From contig OZ024745.1 in NCBI GenBank assembly GCA_964016885.1, forward strand, positions 3,906,001-3,970,000: a stretch of 64,000 bases of DNA, written 5' to 3'. The position numbers were made by a program, and so were the translations under genes. Below the pieces are notes generated by a model. It was not told the origin of the DNA. It saw only the letters and a list, made by a program, of their open reading frames with translations, and made no database searches. The DNA comes from Eledone cirrhosa (Eukaryota). Shown here in pieces: positions 59,601 to 64,000 of this stretch. The first letter of the stretch is position 1. The number at the start of each line of letters is the position of its first letter.

Positions 59601-62600
59601 TTGGGATGTCAAGGATGGATTGGCAATGTCTAGATACTAGCTTGTGTTATTAGATTGGGATGTCAAGGATGGATTGGCTGTGTCTAGATTCTAGCTTCTG
59701 TTATTAGATTGGGATGTCAAGGATGGATTGGCAATGTCTAGATACTAGATGGTGTTATTAGATTGGGATGTCAAGGATGGATTGGCAATGTCTATATACT
59801 AGCTTGTGTTATTAGATTGGGATGTCAAGGATGGATTGGCAGTGTCTAGATACTAGCTGGTGTTATTAGATTGGGATGTCAAGGATGGATTGGCAGTGTC
59901 AAGATAATAGCTGGTGTTATTAGATTGGGATGTCAAGGATGGATTGGCAATGTCTAGATACTAGCTGGTGTTATTAGATTGGGATGTCAAGGATGGATTG
60001 GCAATGTCTAGATACTAGCTGGTGTTATTAGATTGGGATGTCAAGGATGGATTGGCAATGTCTAGATACTAGCTTGTGTTATTAGATTAGGATCAAGGAT
60101 GGATTGGCAGTGTCAAGATACTAGCTGGTGTTATTAGATTGGGATGTCAAGGATGGATTGGCAATGTCTAGATACTAGCTGGTGTTATTAGATTGGGATG
60201 TCAAGGATGGATTGGCAATGTCTAGATACTAGCTGGTGTTATTAGATTAGGATCAAGGATGGATTGGCAGTGTCTAGATACTAGCTTGTGTTATTAGATT
60301 GGGATGTCAGGGATGGATTGGCAATGTCTAGATACTAGCTTGTGTTATTAGATTGGGATGTCAAGGATGGATTGGCAGTGTCTAGATACTAGCTGGTGTT
60401 ATTAGATTGGGATGTCAAGGATGGATTGGCAGTGTCAAGATACTAGCTGGTGTTATTAGATTGGGATGTCAAGGATTGATTGGCAGTGTCCAGATAATAG
60501 CTGGTGTTATTAGATTGGGATGTCAAAGATGGATTGGCAGTGTCAAGATACTAGCTGGTGTTATTAGATTGGGATGTCAAGGATGGATTGGCAGTGTCTA
60601 GATACTAGCTGGTGTTATTAGATTGGGATGTCAAGGATGGATTGGTAGTGTCTAGATACTAGCTGGTGTTATTAGATTGGGATGTCAAGGATGGATTGGC
60701 AGTGTCTAGATACTAGCTCATGTTATTAGATTGGGATGTCAAGGATGGATTGGCAATGTCTAGATACTAGCTGGTGTTATTAGATTGGGATGTCAAGGAT
60801 GGATTGGCAGTGTCTAGATACTAGCTGGTGTTATTAGATTGGGATCAAGGATGGATTGGCAATGTCTAGATACTAGCTGGTGTTATTAGATTGGGATGTC
60901 AAGAATGGATTGGCAGTGTCTAGATACTAGCTGGTGTTATTAGATTGGGATGTCAAGGATGGATTGGCAGTGTCTAGATACTAGCTGGTGTTATTAGATT
61001 GGGATGTCAAGGATGGATTGGCAGTGTCAAGATACTAGCTTGTGTTATTAGATTGGGATGTCAAGGATGGATTGGCAGTGTCTAGATACTAGCTGGTGTT
61101 ATTAGATTGGGATGTCAAGAATGGATTGGCAGTGTCTAGATACTAGCTTGTGTTATTAGATTGGGATGTCAAGGATGGATTGGCAGTGTCAAGATACTAG
61201 CTTATGTTATTAGGTTGGGATGTCAAGGATGGATTGGCAGTGTCTAGATACTAGCTTGTGTTATTAGATTGGGATGTCAAGGATGGATTGGCAGTGTCTA
61301 GATACTAGCTTGTGTTATTAGATTGGGATGTCAAGGATGGATTGGCAGTGTCAAGATACTAGCTGGTGTTATTAGATTGGGATGTCAAGGATGGATTGGC
61401 AATGTCTAGATACTAGCTTGTGTTATTAGATTGGGATGTCAAGGATGGATTGGCAGTGTCTAGATACTAGCTGGTGTTATTAGATTGGGATGTCAAGGAT
61501 GGATTGGCAGTGTCTAGATACTAGCTTGTGTTATTAGATTGGGATGTCAAGGATGGATTGGCAGTGTCAAGATACTAGCTTATGTTATTAGGTTGGGATG
61601 TCAAGGATGGATTGGCAGTGTCTAGATACTAGCTTGTGTTATTAGATTGGGATGTCAAGGATGGATTGGCAGTGTCTAGATACTAGCTTGTGTTATTAGA
61701 TTGGGATGTTAAGGATGGATTGGCAGTGTCTAGATAATAGCTTGTGTTATTAGATTGGGATGTCAAGGATGGATTGGCAATGTCTAGATACTAGCTTGTG
61801 TTATTAGATTGGGATGTCAAGTATGGATTGGCAGTGTCTAGATACTAGCTTGTGTTATTAGATTGGGATGTCAAGGATGGATTGGCAGTGTCTAGATACT
61901 AGCTTGTGTTATTAGATTGGGATGTCAAGGATGGATTGGCAGTGTCAAGATACTAGCTTATGTTATTAGGTTGGGATGTCAAGGATGGATTGGCAGTGTC
62001 TAGATACTAGCTTGTGTTATTAGATTGGGATGTCAAGGATGGATTGGCAATGTCTAGATACTAGCTTGTGTTATTAGATTGGGATGTCAAGTATGGATTG
62101 GCTGTGTCAAGATACTAGCTGGTGTTATTAGATTGGGATGTCAAGGATGGATTGGCAGTGTCTAGATACTAGCTGGTGTTATTAGATTGGGATGTCAAGG
62201 ATGGATTGGCAGTGTCTAGATACTAGCTGGTGTTATTAGATTGGGATGTCAAGGATGGATTGGCAGTGTCTAGATACTAGCTGGTGTTATTAGATTGGGA
62301 TGTCAAGGATTGATTGGCAATGTCTAGATACTAGCTGGTGTTATTAGATTGGGATGTCAAGGATTGATTGGCAATGTCTAGATACTAGCTGGTGTTATTA
62401 GATTGGGATGTCAAGGATGGATTGACAATGTCTAGATACTAGCTGGTGTTATTAGATTGGGATGTCAAGGATGGATTGGCAGTGTCTAGATACTAGCTTG
62501 TGTTATTAGATTGGGATGTCAAGGATGGATTGGCAATGTCTAGATACTAGCTGGTGTTATTAGATTGGGATGTCAAGGATGGATTGGCAATGTCTAGATA

Positions 62601-64000
62601 CTAGCTTGTGTTATTAGATTAGGATCAAGGATGGATTGGCAGTGTCAAGATACTAGCTGGTGTTATTAGATTGGGATGTCAAGGATGGATTGGCAATGTC
62701 TAGATACTAGCTGGTGTTATTAGATTGGGATGTCAAGGATGGATTGGCAATGTCTAGATACTAGCTTGTGTTATTAGATTAGGATCAAGGATGGATTGGC
62801 AGTGTCTAGATACTAGCTTGTGTTATTAGATTGGGATGTCAGGGATGGATTGGAAATGTCTAGATACTAGCTGGTGTTATTAGATTGGGATGTCAAGGAT
62901 GGATTGGCAGTGTCTAGATACTAGCTTGTGTTATTAGATTGGGATGTCAAGGATGGATTGGCAATGTCTAGATACTAGCTTGTGTTATTAGATTGGGATG
63001 TCAAGGATGGATTGGCAGTGTCTAGATACTAGCTCATGTTATTAGATTGGGATGTCAAGGATGGATTGGCAGTGTCTAGATACTAGCTGGTGTTATTAGA
63101 TTGGGATGTCAAGGATGGATTGGCAGTGTCTAGATACTAGCTCATGTTATTAGATTGGGATGTCAACGATGGATTGGCAATGTCTAGATACTAGCTGGTG
63201 TTATTAGAGTGGGATGTCAAGGATGGATTGGCAGTGTCTAGATACTAGCTGGTGTTATTAGATTGGGATGTCAAGGATGGATTGGCAGTATCTAGATACG
63301 AGCTGGTGTTATTAGATTGGGATGTCAAGGATGGATTGGCAATGTCTAGATACTAGCTGGTGTTATTAGATTGGGATGTCAAGGATGGATTGGCAGTGTC
63401 AAGATACTAGCTGGTGTTATTAGATTGGGATGTCAAGGATGGATTGGCAGTGTCTAGATACTAGCTTGTGTTATTAGATTGGGATGTTAAGGATGGATTG
63501 GCAGTGTCAAGATACTAGCTTGTGTTATTAGATTGGGATGTCAAGGATGGATTGGCAGTGTCTAGATACTAGCTGGTGTTATTAGATTGGGATGTCAAGG
63601 ATGGATTGGCAGTGTCAAGATACTAGCTGGTGTTATTAGATTGGGATGTCAAGGATGGATTGGCAGTGTCAAGATACTAGCTGGTGTTATTAGATTGGGA
63701 TGTCAAGGATGGATTGGCAGTGTCTAGATACTAGCTGGTGTTATTAGATTGGGATGTCAAGGATGGATTGGCAGTGTCAAGATACTAGCTGGTGTTATTA
63801 GATTGGGATGTCAAGGATGGATTGGCAGTGTCAAGATACTAGCTGGTGTTATTAGATTGGGATGTCAAGGATGGATTGGCAGTGTCTAGATACTAGCTGG
63901 TGTTATTAGATTGGGATGTCAAGGATGGATTGGCAGTGTCTAGATACTAGCTGGTGTTATTAGATTGGGATGTCAAGGATGGATTGGCAGTGTCAAGATA
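47674..64000. repeat. 54-bp satellite array (~300 monomers, runs off the window) in a MICU1 intron
   Basis: Unit TCTAGATACTAGCT(G/T)GTGTTATTAGATTGGGATGTCAAGGATGGATTGGCAGTG; 52- and 53-bp variants occur locally. Confidence 0.98.

Overview
AT-rich, intron-rich animal genomic DNA. The SINE/LINE repertoire resembles an octopod cephalopod (inference from recall, not from a search). Three protein-coding genes were rebuilt exon by exon. (1) A fold-type II PLP serine/threonine dehydratase / serine-racemase-family gene on + (7 exons in the window, 922-16399; 5' end not in the window). (2) A complete PCNA gene on - (5 exons, 22181-38025, 261 aa). (3) The 5' part of MICU1 on +, head-to-head with PCNA across a short E2F-motif promoter. 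About half of the window (~33 kb) consists of six unrelated intronic tandem arrays with units of 48, 29, 36/38, 32, 53 and 54 bp. Several appear seeded from SINE segments, and several show higher-order duplications. The rest is CR1, RTE and CRE LINE fragments, SINEs, Tc1/mariner remnants, MITEs and microsatellites. Most notable: oppositely oriented CR1 copies bracket an in-frame 468-nt exon block (dsRNA/editing/circRNA candidate), and a 10.6-kb satellite in PCNA intron 3 has a sense-strand monomer that looks like a 3' splice site + 9 nt + 5' splice site.
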